Below, in pieces: positions 43,210 to 53,179 of a DNA stretch of 64,000 nt. Position 1 is the stretch's first letter, and each line of letters begins with the position of its first letter. The translations under genes and the position numbers were made by a program. Source of the stretch: Phycisphaeraceae bacterium. GTDB lineage: Bacteria > Planctomycetota > Phycisphaerae > Phycisphaerales > Phycisphaeraceae. The notes beneath the pieces are model-generated. The model worked only from the letters and a program-made list of their open reading frames with translations. It was not told the DNA's origin and did no database searches. The stretch spans positions 8,822 through 72,821 of the forward strand of contig JADLAP010000081.1 in NCBI GenBank assembly GCA_020848195.1. Direction: 5' to 3'.

Positions 43210-45666
43210 TTATTCCGAATCGGGCAGACGATCGGTGATTTCCAGCACCGCCAGGTTGCCGGTGTTCCGCGTGTCGATGCCGAGTTTGGGCGTCAGGGGC
43301 AGCTTCTTTCCCGCCAGATGGTCGTAGAGGAACATGCCCGGCTTGGCTCCAAGGCCGGAGAGGTCGAGCGTCAGATCGCCCGGCTCGCCGACGCCTTGAT
43401 TGCAGTGGGAAACGACGGTGATCAGGGCCTGACGGTGCGGCTGATTGAGCACATGCACGCGGCAGACGGTGCGGACCTCGGGGGCCATGACTTTCTGGAA
43501 GCCTTCATCGTCGCGGGTTTCGATCGGCCTGGCTTGGGCGGACTTGGCGAATTTCACCAGGTTGTCGCGGCGTGTGCCGTGCTGGTAGTAGTCTTCGATG
43601 TCCGCGATCAGCGTGTTGACCTGGGAGAGTCCGACCATCCACCGCGCGTCGGCGAAGCCGTTGGTGGCGATGTAGAAGCCGATGCCCTTGACCACGGGGG
43701 AGATGGAAAGCATATCGATCGACATGAACCGCGCGCTGACGGGTTTTTGCATCTGCGAACCCATGGAGACCAGCAGCAGCGGGATCATGTCGGGATAGCC
43801 GTTGTGCTTGCCGTAGACTTTGGCGTCCGCGCCCTGGGTGATGAAATCGCCATAGAACGAGCCGAAGAAGTTCAGGCCGTACCATTGGGGCATGTTGTAG
43901 TCGTAGGTTTTACCCCAGGTCATCTGTTCCGCCAGAGGCAGATCATCCACGCCGTGCTGGGAGCCGAAGGCGCCGGCGGTGTTGATGACGATGCATCCGG
44001 GCTTGGCTTCGCGCAGGGCCTCGGCGAGGTTGGCCAGCACCTGGGCGAAGAGGGCGTTGTTGTAGCTGGTCCACTGTTTGGCGTAGGTGCTGCCCAGCGA
44101 TTCGACGGTGACCTTGGCCGGGTCGAGTTTCATCCGCTGGGCGAAGTCGGCCAGCGTGGTGGGATCGTAGCTGAGGACCATGCCTTCCAGGCCGTCGTTG
44201 ACGAAGCCGTTGTACTGGAAAGGCAGGCCCAGTTCGGCAGGCCGGCGGATCAGGCGTTGCATGCCATTCAAGGCGGCATCGACCCAATAGCGACCCCGGC
44301 CGGCGGCGTAACGCATGTTGAACATGTCCTTGTCCACGCTGCCGTCGGCGTGAACCACATACATGTCCGGGTCATCCTTCTCGCGGGGCGCGGTGTCCCA
44401 GTAGTAGACGCCCTTGGCGTCAGCGCCGCCGAGCAACTGGGAGAAATTGGGCCAGAACTCGCGGATGCCGTACGCCACCGCCGCCTTGGCCATGACCTGT
44501 TCATCCGCATGCACCGGCGCTGTTTTCCGCGGGCCGGGACCGAAGTATTCGCTCCAGACGTTGAAACCCATCAGCTTGAACTGCGCGGGGATCGTCGCCA
44601 GTCGGCCGTCGAAATCCGCCCGCCAGCTCTGCACGTGGTAAGCGAAGGTCTTGGTCAGCGTGGGAGTCTTCTGCCTCGCCGGGGCATCCAGCGGCACGAG
44701 ACGGAAGGTTTCCTCCGTGACCACGGCATCACGATCGCTGACGCTGAACCTGACCCAGGATTCGACGCCGGTGGGCACTTCGACAAAGCAGCCGCCGAAT
44801 TCCATGGGATTGTCCGCGCCATCGAAAAACCGCGGACCAACGAACCGATACGTGGTCAGCTTCTCTCCGTCGGCCCCCTGGCTTTGCTGCGTAGCCAGTT
44901 CAATCTTGTCGACGCCGTCCGGTTTCTGGCTGTTCAGCAGCGGCACGTTGATGCCGGTGAGCAGCACTTCCGCGGGCACGGTGATGGCGAAAACCGGCCG
45001 GCCCACCCGGCTGGCGTCCTGGGCGGTGAGGGTGAAGTCGAGCCATTGCTTCATGCCGCGAATGTACGTCTGAATGTTGTTGGATCGTTCCCCGCCGGCG
45101 GGATGCAGGTCCAGATGCAGATACTGGCCGGGCAGCGGATCGTCGGCGTTGTAGCGGGTCAGCGAGATGTCATCCACCGCCAGACCAAGTTCGATGGAGA
45201 TCAGGCTGACGGGATATTCGCCGGCGGCCTGGACTTTGAACACGGCGTAGTACAGCCGGTAACGGTCGGAAATGACGCAAGCCAGGTGCTTCTGATCGCC
45301 GAGGGCAAGCTGGATCCTGGGCGAAATGGTGCAACCGTTGTTGCGAGCCCAGACGGTCAGGAGGTAGTCGCCCGCATCGAGTTTCACGTTCTGGCGCAGG
45401 CGGGTGTTGGCGGAGTAGATTTCCAGGGCGTTGTCGCCGGTGTGAGGCAGCGCGTCGCCGTGTCCGCCGCCGCCGCCGGGGTGCAGGCGGTAGTGGTAGA
45501 GCGGAACCTTGGGATTCACCGGCTCGACGACCCAGCCTGTCAGCCAGCCCGCGTGGTCCTCGAAGCCGGGATTGGTCAGCAGATTGTCCGGGCCTGCGTG
45601 AGCCTGCAGGCCCAGGCCCAGCAACGCAAGCGTGACCGTCGATGCGAGAACAGTCAATCGGCGCAT
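43210..45666 (-). CDS. secreted protein with N-terminal CBM4/9/22-like jelly-roll domain plus a large unknown domain
   Basis: Signal peptide MRRLTVLASTVTLALLGLGLQAHA, then NLLTNPGFEDHAGWLTGW...LEIYSANTRLRQNVKLDAGDYLLTVWARN. AGGAG upstream. Confidence 0.75.
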   Translation of the reverse strand: MRRLTVLASTVTLALLGLGLQAHAGPDNLLTNPGFEDHAGWLTGWVVEPVNPKVPLYHYRLHPGGGGGHGDALPHTGDNALEIYSANTRLRQNVKLDAGDYLLTVWARNNGCTISPRIQLALGDQKHLACVISDRYRLYYAVFKVQAAGEYPVSLISIELGLAVDDISLTRYNADDPLPGQYLHLDLHPAGGERSNNIQTYIRGMKQWLDFTLTAQDASRVGRPVFAITVPAEVLLTGINVPLLNSQKPDGVDKIELATQQSQGADGEKLTTYRFVGPRFFDGADNPMEFGGCFVEVPTGVESWVRFSVSDRDAVVTEETFRLVPLDAPARQKTPTLTKTFAYHVQSWRADFDGRLATIPAQFKLMGFNVWSEYFGPGPRKTAPVHADEQVMAKAAVAYGIREFWPNFSQLLGGADAKGVYYWDTAPREKDDPDMYVVHADGSVDKDMFNMRYAAGRGRYWVDAALNGMQRLIRRPAELGLPFQYNGFVNDGLEGMVLSYDPTTLADFAQRMKLDPAKVTVESLGSTYAKQWTSYNNALFAQVLANLAEALREAKPGCIVINTAGAFGSQHGVDDLPLAEQMTWGKTYDYNMPQWYGLNFFGSFYGDFITQGADAKVYGKHNGYPDMIPLLLVSMGSQMQKPVSARFMSIDMLSISPVVKGIGFYIATNGFADARWMVGLSQVNTLIADIEDYYQHGTRRDNLVKFAKSAQARPIETRDDEGFQKVMAPEVRTVCRVHVLNQPHRQALITVVSHCNQGVGEPGDLTLDLSGLGAKPGMFLYDHLAGKKLPLTPKLGIDTRNTGNLAVLEITDRLPDSE

Positions 45667-45726
45667 GGATTACTCCTGTTGAAATGCGCAGGAAACAGAC
45701 TGAATTTCAATTAAAGGGCGGATTGT

Positions 45727-46491
45727 TCAATGGTCGTCGAGGGACCATGTGTCGCTGAAGTTCCATGTGCCGGTGTACGGGTAGGGATCGACGGGCACTG
45801 CCTCGGGGCTTACCGCGGCCACATGCAGATCGAGGAAGGAAATATTGGTTGCTTTGGAATGGCGGTAGGCGATCGAGTCCGACCGCCAGACGACGCAGGT
45901 GCCGTTGTTGAGGTTATGCCAGTAGTCGTAGCCGGTTTCAGGGAGCCAGTAGCGGTAGGAAGGCTTGGGCACGCGGTCGGCACGGACAAAATGGAAAGGC
46001 GCGCCATACGCACTGGCCAGCACGGAGAACCAGCCGTTGATGCCGTAGCTGCAGTTGGGATAGGGACTGCTGCCGATGAGATAGGTGGGACTGGTGGTGC
46101 CGTCGAAGCCGCCTTCGGGACACTGGGTCAGCGGCAAAGCTCTGGGCGGCGCGACGCCGCCTTCAAAGTTGTAGTAGCTGTAGGACGGGGGCATGTTGAT
46201 GTAGTCGCCGATGCCGCCGCTGCTTTTGGCGTTGAAGAGGATATTGGACACGGCGTTGCCTGCTGGTGCGTAGAACTTGTTGTCGGTCAGATAATTCGAC
46301 GCGCCCATGCCCAGTTGGCGCAGGTTGGACATGCACTGCACGCGCCGGCCCGCCGCCCGCGCCGACGTCAGGGCGGGCAGCAGCATCGCAATTAAAAGAG
46401 AAATGATCGAAATCACCACGAGAAGCTCGATGAGCGTAAACCCCGTGGGATCCGTTTGGCGTGACCATGATGTGGAATGAGTTCGTTTCAT
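45727..46491 (-). CDS. DUF1559-type prepilin-leader protein
   Basis: Track ORF 45727..46584 trimmed to the ATG at 46491 (GAGGAG 9 nt upstream). ...[29 protein letters not shown]-terminal [19 protein letters not shown]. Confidence 0.85.
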   Translation of the reverse strand: MKRTHSTSWSRQTDPTGFTLIELLVVISIISLLIAMLLPALTSARAAGRRVQCMSNLRQLGMGASNYLTDNKFYAPAGNAVSNILFNAKSSGGIGDYINMPPSYSYYNFEGGVAPPRALPLTQCPEGGFDGTTSPTYLIGSSPYPNCSYGINGWFSVLASAYGAPFHFVRADRVPKPSYRYWLPETGYDYWHNLNNGTCVVWRSDSIAYRHSKATNISFLDLHVAAVSPEAVPVDPYPYTGTWNFSDTWSLDDH

Positions 46492-46603
46492 GATGTCGTG
46501 CTCCTCATCCAGGCCTCTGGCCGGGCCCAACAGGGTCCGGTTCAGCCTGTCCAGGTTATCGGCGATATCCGCCATCCGGTTCATGCCGCTTACAGACTGA
46601 GGG

Positions 46604-47689
46604 TCAACGGGCGACCGCCGAGGCCGTCCCTCCAGCCGACGCCCGCCACTGGAACCGCATCTCCACCCGACCCGCTTGCAGCGGTTGTTCCGGGTTTTCC
46701 AATCGATGGAACATGAACTGATCGATCAGCCGGGCCGTCTCGGCGTCCTGACGCACCACGGTGGCCAGCGGCGGTTGAACGAATCGGGCGAACTCGCTGT
46801 CGTTGAAGCCGCAGACCGCCACGTCCTCCGGCACGCACAGACCGCGTCGGCTCAGCCACGCGATGGCGGCGATGGCGGTTTCGTCATTGGTGCATTGCAG
46901 CGCATCGAAGTCCGGCCGGCCGGGGAACATTTCGTTCAGCCCGTGGGTGATATCGTCCGCCCAGTAGGCGTCCAAAACGCCCGGCGTCGAAGGCGGCGCT
47001 TCCAGGAGACGTATCGCCGAAGCGGGAACGCCCAATTCCTCCAGCCGGGCGACGTAGGCGTCGACCTTCGGCTGATTGGCGATGATGCTGCCGGTCAACA
47101 GCGCTGGTTTCCGTCGGCCGGTACGGAAAAAATGTTCCGCCGCGTCGCGGAAAGCCTGGCCTCGGTCGTGGATCACATGGTCCACCATGCAGCCATACAA
47201 CTCCGATACTGAACTGCACGAAACCACCACCGCCGGGAACCCGGCAAGCAACCGCCGCACGGCGTCATTGTCGAACAGGTTGCCGCCGGCCTGGATGACG
47301 ATGCCGTCGACGCCGCGACGGGCGAAGTCCTCCAGAGCCTGGATGGTCGCGCGCCACAGGCCCATGTGGTCGGCCAGATACGTCACGTAAGCGTGCTCGG
47401 AGAATTGCCGGGCGATGCGTCGCGCCATGCCTTCACCGTCGTGCGGACCGCCGAGGGACCACAGCAGGCCGATGGATTTGGTCTTGCCCCCCCGCAGACC
47501 GGCCGCCATCGTGTTGGGCTTGTACCGCAGTTGCCTGGCGGCGTCGCGGATACGCTGCTGCGTGTCGGATCGAACGCCCAGATCATCCCCCCTGCCGTTG
47601 AGCACCAGGCTCGCCGTGGCGCGGCTGACCCGCGCCAACTCGGCGATGTCCTTCATGGTCGGCAGATTCAGTCCGTTCTGACGCGACAT
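46604..47689 (-). CDS. LacI-family transcriptional regulator
   Basis: Track ORF 46604..47719 (TTG) trimmed to the ATG at 47689. [25 protein letters not shown]. Confidence 0.85.
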   Translation of the reverse strand: MSRQNGLNLPTMKDIAELARVSRATASLVLNGRGDDLGVRSDTQQRIRDAARQLRYKPNTMAAGLRGGKTKSIGLLWSLGGPHDGEGMARRIARQFSEHAYVTYLADHMGLWRATIQALEDFARRGVDGIVIQAGGNLFDNDAVRRLLAGFPAVVVSCSSVSELYGCMVDHVIHDRGQAFRDAAEHFFRTGRRKPALLTGSIIANQPKVDAYVARLEELGVPASAIRLLEAPPSTPGVLDAYWADDITHGLNEMFPGRPDFDALQCTNDETAIAAIAWLSRRGLCVPEDVAVCGFNDSEFARFVQPPLATVVRQDAETARLIDQFMFHRLENPEQPLQAGRVEMRFQWRASAGGTASAVAR

Positions 47690-47727
47690 GGGAGGTTCCG
47701 GGGTTAGGTCATCAGGCAACGAATATC

Positions 47728-47756
47728 AATCTAACACGAGATAGATGGCAAGTCAA
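47728..47756 (-). promoter_or_regulatory. sigma70-like promoter of the second LacI module
   Basis: Minus strand reads TTGACT (47756-47751), 17 nt, TAGATT (47733-47728). Same -10 hexamer and spacing as at 19399-19427. Confidence 0.45.
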
Positions 47757-47943
47757 TCGATTTTTGAAGCCGCAAACGGTCAAAGAGGCGAATGCCCGAA
47801 AGTCCAAGCCCGAATGACGAAGCTAGACGAAGACGCCTTGCTTCGTCCTTTGGACCTGGACCTTCGGCCATGGCATCCCCGATGTGGTATACAATGCCCC
47901 TTTTCCGCCAAACCCGTGACCATACCAACAGGGAGATTTCGAT

Positions 47944-49395
<1,452 letters not shown>

Positions 49396-49542
49396 ATCTT
49401 TGTTACAGAACCTGCGGAATATATGCCGCGGTGTCGGCAGATGATTTCATGAGGCGCGTTTCCGACACGTCTCGCAAACGTTGCGTTGTTGTGATCGGGG
49501 AATACGCCAGCTTCCGTTATTCGCGCGTCAAGGCTGTGGAAA

Positions 49543-50271
49543 TCAGTTTGGACTGCGCAGATCGGCGGTTTTGACGCGAATGGTCCCCCCCGAATCAGTG
49601 GTGTGACCGGAGCCCACGAGCGAGTAGGTGTTGCCCACCACCAGCATCGGCCCAATGGAACTATATATCCCACGGACGATGATCACCACGGATTTGCCGT
49701 CTTCCGTGATGCCGGTCATCGTACGGGCGAGTTTGATTGCTTCGAGTTGCGCGTACAGGAGTTTGATTTTCGATTGAGCCAGTTTGGCTTGCGTGGCAGC
49801 AGCGTTCAGGGTCATCGTCGCCTGATTGAACTCCGATGATTGATACCCGAAGCGGTTTTTATTCGCATCGTACTTTCCCTTCGCCAAGACGCTGTTGAAA
49901 TGTCTTTGCGCCTGGGCGAGTATCGTATTGCACGTTGCCAAGTTGCTTTCCTCACTGCGCATCTTGGCGTCGATGGTGGAAGTGTCCGGCTCAGGATTGC
50001 TTGTGATTTTGACGATCCAGGATCCATGAATGTCGCCGGATTCCTTGTCTGAACAAGCTTGCTCGTTGTTAACCGAGGATTCCAGTTGTGCGATGCGCTG
50101 ATTCTGGGTCTGGACCTGATCCCAGAGTTGTTTGCACATGGTTACCAGTGTGTTTTTGTCCATGTTGGCGAAGTCAGGAGGTGTCAATCCATCCTGCTCC
50201 TGAGCGACGACGATCCCGGCCAGTCCAAGGGAAACAGCGACGACGATGCAGCATGTAGACAATCGAATCAC
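49543..50271 (-). CDS. secreted coiled-coil hypothetical protein (lower-GC gene)
   Basis: GTG start. Signal-like IRLSTCCIVVAVSLGLAGIVVAQE. Q/N/K-rich helical middle region. No recognisable motif. Confidence 0.6.
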   Translation of the reverse strand: MIRLSTCCIVVAVSLGLAGIVVAQEQDGLTPPDFANMDKNTLVTMCKQLWDQVQTQNQRIAQLESSVNNEQACSDKESGDIHGSWIVKITSNPEPDTSTIDAKMRSEESNLATCNTILAQAQRHFNSVLAKGKYDANKNRFGYQSSEFNQATMTLNAAATQAKLAQSKIKLLYAQLEAIKLARTMTGITEDGKSVVIIVRGIYSSIGPMLVVGNTYSLVGSGHTTDSGGTIRVKTADLRSPN

Positions 50272-50465
50272 ACGGCACCCCCTTCGGTGGTTAGTGGAGA
50301 ATCATGGGCAACAGGTTTGAATGATGTGATTCCCGGATCGACATGGCGACAGAATACCACGATCATCACGGCCCGAAAACAGGACATGACATGTCGAACG
50401 GGACCGAGGCCGATCATCTTGTACCGCTTTGCTCCGATGCGAATCCGGCATCGCTGTTACGGTGA

Positions 50466-50621
50466 ATGTCGGATATTCCCGCGCCAACCGCCAAGCGTAT
50501 CGTGCGCCTGGCAAAAAAAGGTGGACTCTTGCGGGAACTTCGTCCGGCTTCCGGTCGCCGTCCGGCCATTCTGATCTTTCCAGATTTGCTGAATATTGCC
50601 GAGGGTCGTCCGGTTTGGTGA
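50466..50621 (+). CDS. speculative 51-codon ORF, vaguely excisionase/HTH-like
   Basis: Own translation: MSDIPAPTAKRIVRLAKKGGLLRELRPASGRRPAILIFPDLLNIAEGRPVW*. Too short for the track and only a loose resemblance. Confidence 0.2.
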   Translation: MSDIPAPTAKRIVRLAKKGGLLRELRPASGRRPAILIFPDLLNIAEGRPVW

Positions 50622-50665
50622 TTGACGTTGGTCGCCTACTCCTTGTAGATCATCATTCCGCAAAA

Positions 50666-50707
50666 GTGATCCACAAACCATCTTGTCGCGCATGGGTGAT
50701 CCACAAA
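50666..50707 (+). promoter_or_regulatory. two direct 12-nt repeats GTGATCCACAAA spaced 30 nt (candidate protein-binding sites)
   Basis: Copies at 50666-50677 and 50696-50707. The TGATCCACA core is one mismatch from the DnaA-box consensus TTATCCACA. Confidence 0.3.
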
Positions 50708-51026
50708 AGGCAATCTATAATGACCTGACCAGCGGTTTTTCGATATTCGGATTTGGACATTCGGTCATTGGGCTCGGACAACCCGTCAATGGCCACGTGC
50801 GCTGCCCCCCGGAACATTCATGTTTCGCGGTATTTATGTCTTGCGACGGTCTGAATCCGCGGGTATGTTGATCACGCCTGTCCCAGCGATTTTTTGGATG
50901 TTCATGTTGCGGGATTGACCGAGCATCAATACGAACCGCGCCAACCCGTCTTCGCCGTCCGCAACGCTGGTTCCGTACAGCGAAATCCATCAGTGCCGAA
51001 TCTGCGGCAATCCGCGGCTGCTCGGC

Positions 51027-52232
51027 GTGCTGAATCTCGGCGAGCAGCATCTGACCGGCGTGTTTCCCCGATCCCGCGACGCGCAACTGACCCGCGGCCC
51101 GCTGGAACTGGTGCTCTGCAGCGCCAGCCCGGGCCACGATCATTGCGGCCTGCTCCAACTGCGGCACTCCTATCCCGCCAGTGAGATGTACGGCCTGAAC
51201 TACGGCTACCGCTCCGCACTCAACCGCTCCATGGTCAGCCATCTCGAAGGCATCGTCGAACGCCTGACCCGCCTGGCTCCGGTCCAGCGCGACGACCTGG
51301 TGATCGACATCGGTTCCAACGACGGCACGCTGTTGAGCTTCTATCCCGAGCAAGGCCCGCTGCTCGTCGGCATCGATCCCACCGGCGAAAAGTTCGCACG
51401 CTATTACCGGCCGGACATCCAGCTTATCCCTGACTTCTTCAATGCCGATCTCGTCCGCAAGCGATTCGGCGATCGCAAAGCCAGGATCGTCACGTCCATC
51501 GCCATGTTCTACGACCTCGACCGGCCGATGGATTTCATGTCCCAGGTCCGCGACGTGCTCGCGCCCGACGGCGTCTGGCTGTTCGAGCAGAGCTACATGC
51601 CCGCCATGCTGGAAGCCAACGCGTATGACACCATCTGCCACGAGCACGTGGAGTACTACGGCCTGCACCAGATCAAGTACATGACCGACCGTTGCGGGCT
51701 GAAGATCATCGATGTGCGGCTCAACGACGTGAACGGCGGGAGCTTCGCCGTGGCGGTTGCCCGCAAGGACAGCCGGCACACGGAGGATGAAGTCAACATT
51801 TTGCGGCTGCTTCGCCGCGAGCATGAACTGGGGCTGGATACGGTGGAGGCGTACGAAGGTTTCCGCGCCGAGGTCTTCCATCACCGTGAAAAGCTGAACC
51901 AGTTGCTGGCCGACCTGCGCGGCGAGGGCAAACGGGTGATCGGCTACGGCGCGTCGACGAAGGGCAACGTGATTCTGCAGTTCTGCGGAATCGGTCCGGA
52001 ACAGTTGCCCTGCATCGCGGAGGTGAATCCGGACAAGTTCGGCTGCTTCACGCCGGGCACGGGCATTCCCATCGTGAGCGAGGCGCAGGCCAAGGCCGGC
52101 CGACCGACGCACATGCTCGTGCTGCCCTGGCATTTCCGCGAAAACCTGCTGCGGCGTGAAGCCGAATATCTCAGCGGCGGCGGCACGATGATCTTTCCCC
52201 TGCCGCATCTGGAAATGGTGACGCGGCCATGA
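51027..52232 (+). CDS. NDP-hexose C-methyltransferase-like SAM methyltransferase (TylCIII-type architecture); true start probably upstream of 50994
   Basis: Track ORF (GTG 51027). VIDIGSNDGTLL (SAM motif), YDTICHEHVEYYGL, GYGASTKGNVILQFCGI...VNPDKFGCFTPGTGIPIV. The in-frame upstream sequence encodes the expected zinc-ribbon CRICGN (50994-51011), but no ATG/GTG/TTG is available after the TGA at 50916-50918. Confidence 0.8.
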   Translation: MLNLGEQHLTGVFPRSRDAQLTRGPLELVLCSASPGHDHCGLLQLRHSYPASEMYGLNYGYRSALNRSMVSHLEGIVERLTRLAPVQRDDLVIDIGSNDGTLLSFYPEQGPLLVGIDPTGEKFARYYRPDIQLIPDFFNADLVRKRFGDRKARIVTSIAMFYDLDRPMDFMSQVRDVLAPDGVWLFEQSYMPAMLEANAYDTICHEHVEYYGLHQIKYMTDRCGLKIIDVRLNDVNGGSFAVAVARKDSRHTEDEVNILRLLRREHELGLDTVEAYEGFRAEVFHHREKLNQLLADLRGEGKRVIGYGASTKGNVILQFCGIGPEQLPCIAEVNPDKFGCFTPGTGIPIVSEAQAKAGRPTHMLVLPWHFRENLLRREAEYLSGGGTMIFPLPHLEMVTRP

Positions 52233-53179
52233 AGCGCGTTCTGATCATCGGCAGCGCCGGACAGGATGGCCGCATTCTGTGGGACCGTCTCGTCCGCGAG
52301 GGCGATGTCGTCGTCGGCGTGACGCGGGATGCGACGCGGACGTCGGGGATCGCGCCGATGCCCGCGGTGTCGGTGCTGGACCGCGAATCGGTGGCGGCCT
52401 GTGTGCGTGAACTTGTGCCGGACGAAGTGTATTACCTGGCGGCGGTGCATCACGCCTCGCAGGAGCAGGCCGGCGGCGAGGCGCAGCTTCTGCACGCGAG
52501 CATGGCGGTGCACGTCACGGGGCTGCTGCACGTGCTGGAGGCGATGGCGTTGCACGCCCCGGCTGCGAAGCTGTTTTACGCCGCGTCGTCGCACATCTTC
52601 GGTCAGCCCGAGCAGTCGCCGCAGAACGAGCAAACGCCGCTGGCGCCGATCTGTCCCTACGGCATCACCAAGGCGGCGGGCGTTCACATCTGCCGCTGTT
52701 TCCGCCGTGACTGCGCCGTCGCCGCTTACGTGGGCATCCTGTACAACCACGAATCCATTTACCGATCGCCGCGGTTCGTGAGCATGAAGATCATCCATGC
52801 CGCGCACGCGATCAGGCGGGGCAGGCAGGAGCGGCTGGTGCTCGGTTCGCTGTCGGACGAGGTGGACTGGGGCTACGCGCCGGACTATGTGGACGCGATG
52901 ATCCGCATGTTGCGTCACGCTCCACCGGAGGATTACGTGGTGGCCACGGGGCGGACGCATCGCGTGGACCGGTTCGTCGAGGCGGCCTTCGCCGCGCTGG
53001 GGCTTGACCCGCGGCGGCATGTGGTCGAGGATTCAAGCCTGATCCGCAAACCCCGTCGCGCGCTGCGGGGCGATGCGGCGAAACTCCGCGCCGCGACAGG
53101 CTGGACGCCCAGCCTCGGCTTTGACGATATGGTCCGCCAACTGACGCTTGATCCGCATTTCGCCGGTCAGAACCCATGA
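52229..53179 (+). CDS. NAD-dependent sugar-nucleotide dehydratase/epimerase of the GDP-mannose 4,6-dehydratase family
   Basis: ATGA overlap with the previous gene. VLIIGSAGQDG (Rossmann), PYGITKAAG (YxxxK), ILYNHESIYRSPRFVSMKI and LGSLSDEVDWGYAPDYV resemble Gmd motifs. Confidence 0.8.
   Translation: MKRVLIIGSAGQDGRILWDRLVREGDVVVGVTRDATRTSGIAPMPAVSVLDRESVAACVRELVPDEVYYLAAVHHASQEQAGGEAQLLHASMAVHVTGLLHVLEAMALHAPAAKLFYAASSHIFGQPEQSPQNEQTPLAPICPYGITKAAGVHICRCFRRDCAVAAYVGILYNHESIYRSPRFVSMKIIHAAHAIRRGRQERLVLGSLSDEVDWGYAPDYVDAMIRMLRHAPPEDYVVATGRTHRVDRFVEAAFAALGLDPRRHVVEDSSLIRKPRRALRGDAAKLRAATGWTPSLGFDDMVRQLTLDPHFAGQNP

Noticed and set aside
43318-45714. 798-codon plus-strand ORF
   Set aside because: It is antisense to the signal-peptide/CBM-bearing 818-aa gene and has typical GC-rich antisense composition.
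50666-50707. DnaA-box-like repeats as a replication origin
   Set aside because: There are only two imperfect boxes, no AT-rich unwinding element cluster, no dnaA/dnaN/gyrB nearby and no visible strand-bias switch. They are more likely ordinary regulator sites.
50916-50918. In-frame TGA as selenocysteine
   Set aside because: No SECIS-like hairpin is evident just downstream. The position is in a non-conserved N-terminal leader, and this methyltransferase family is not known to use Sec.
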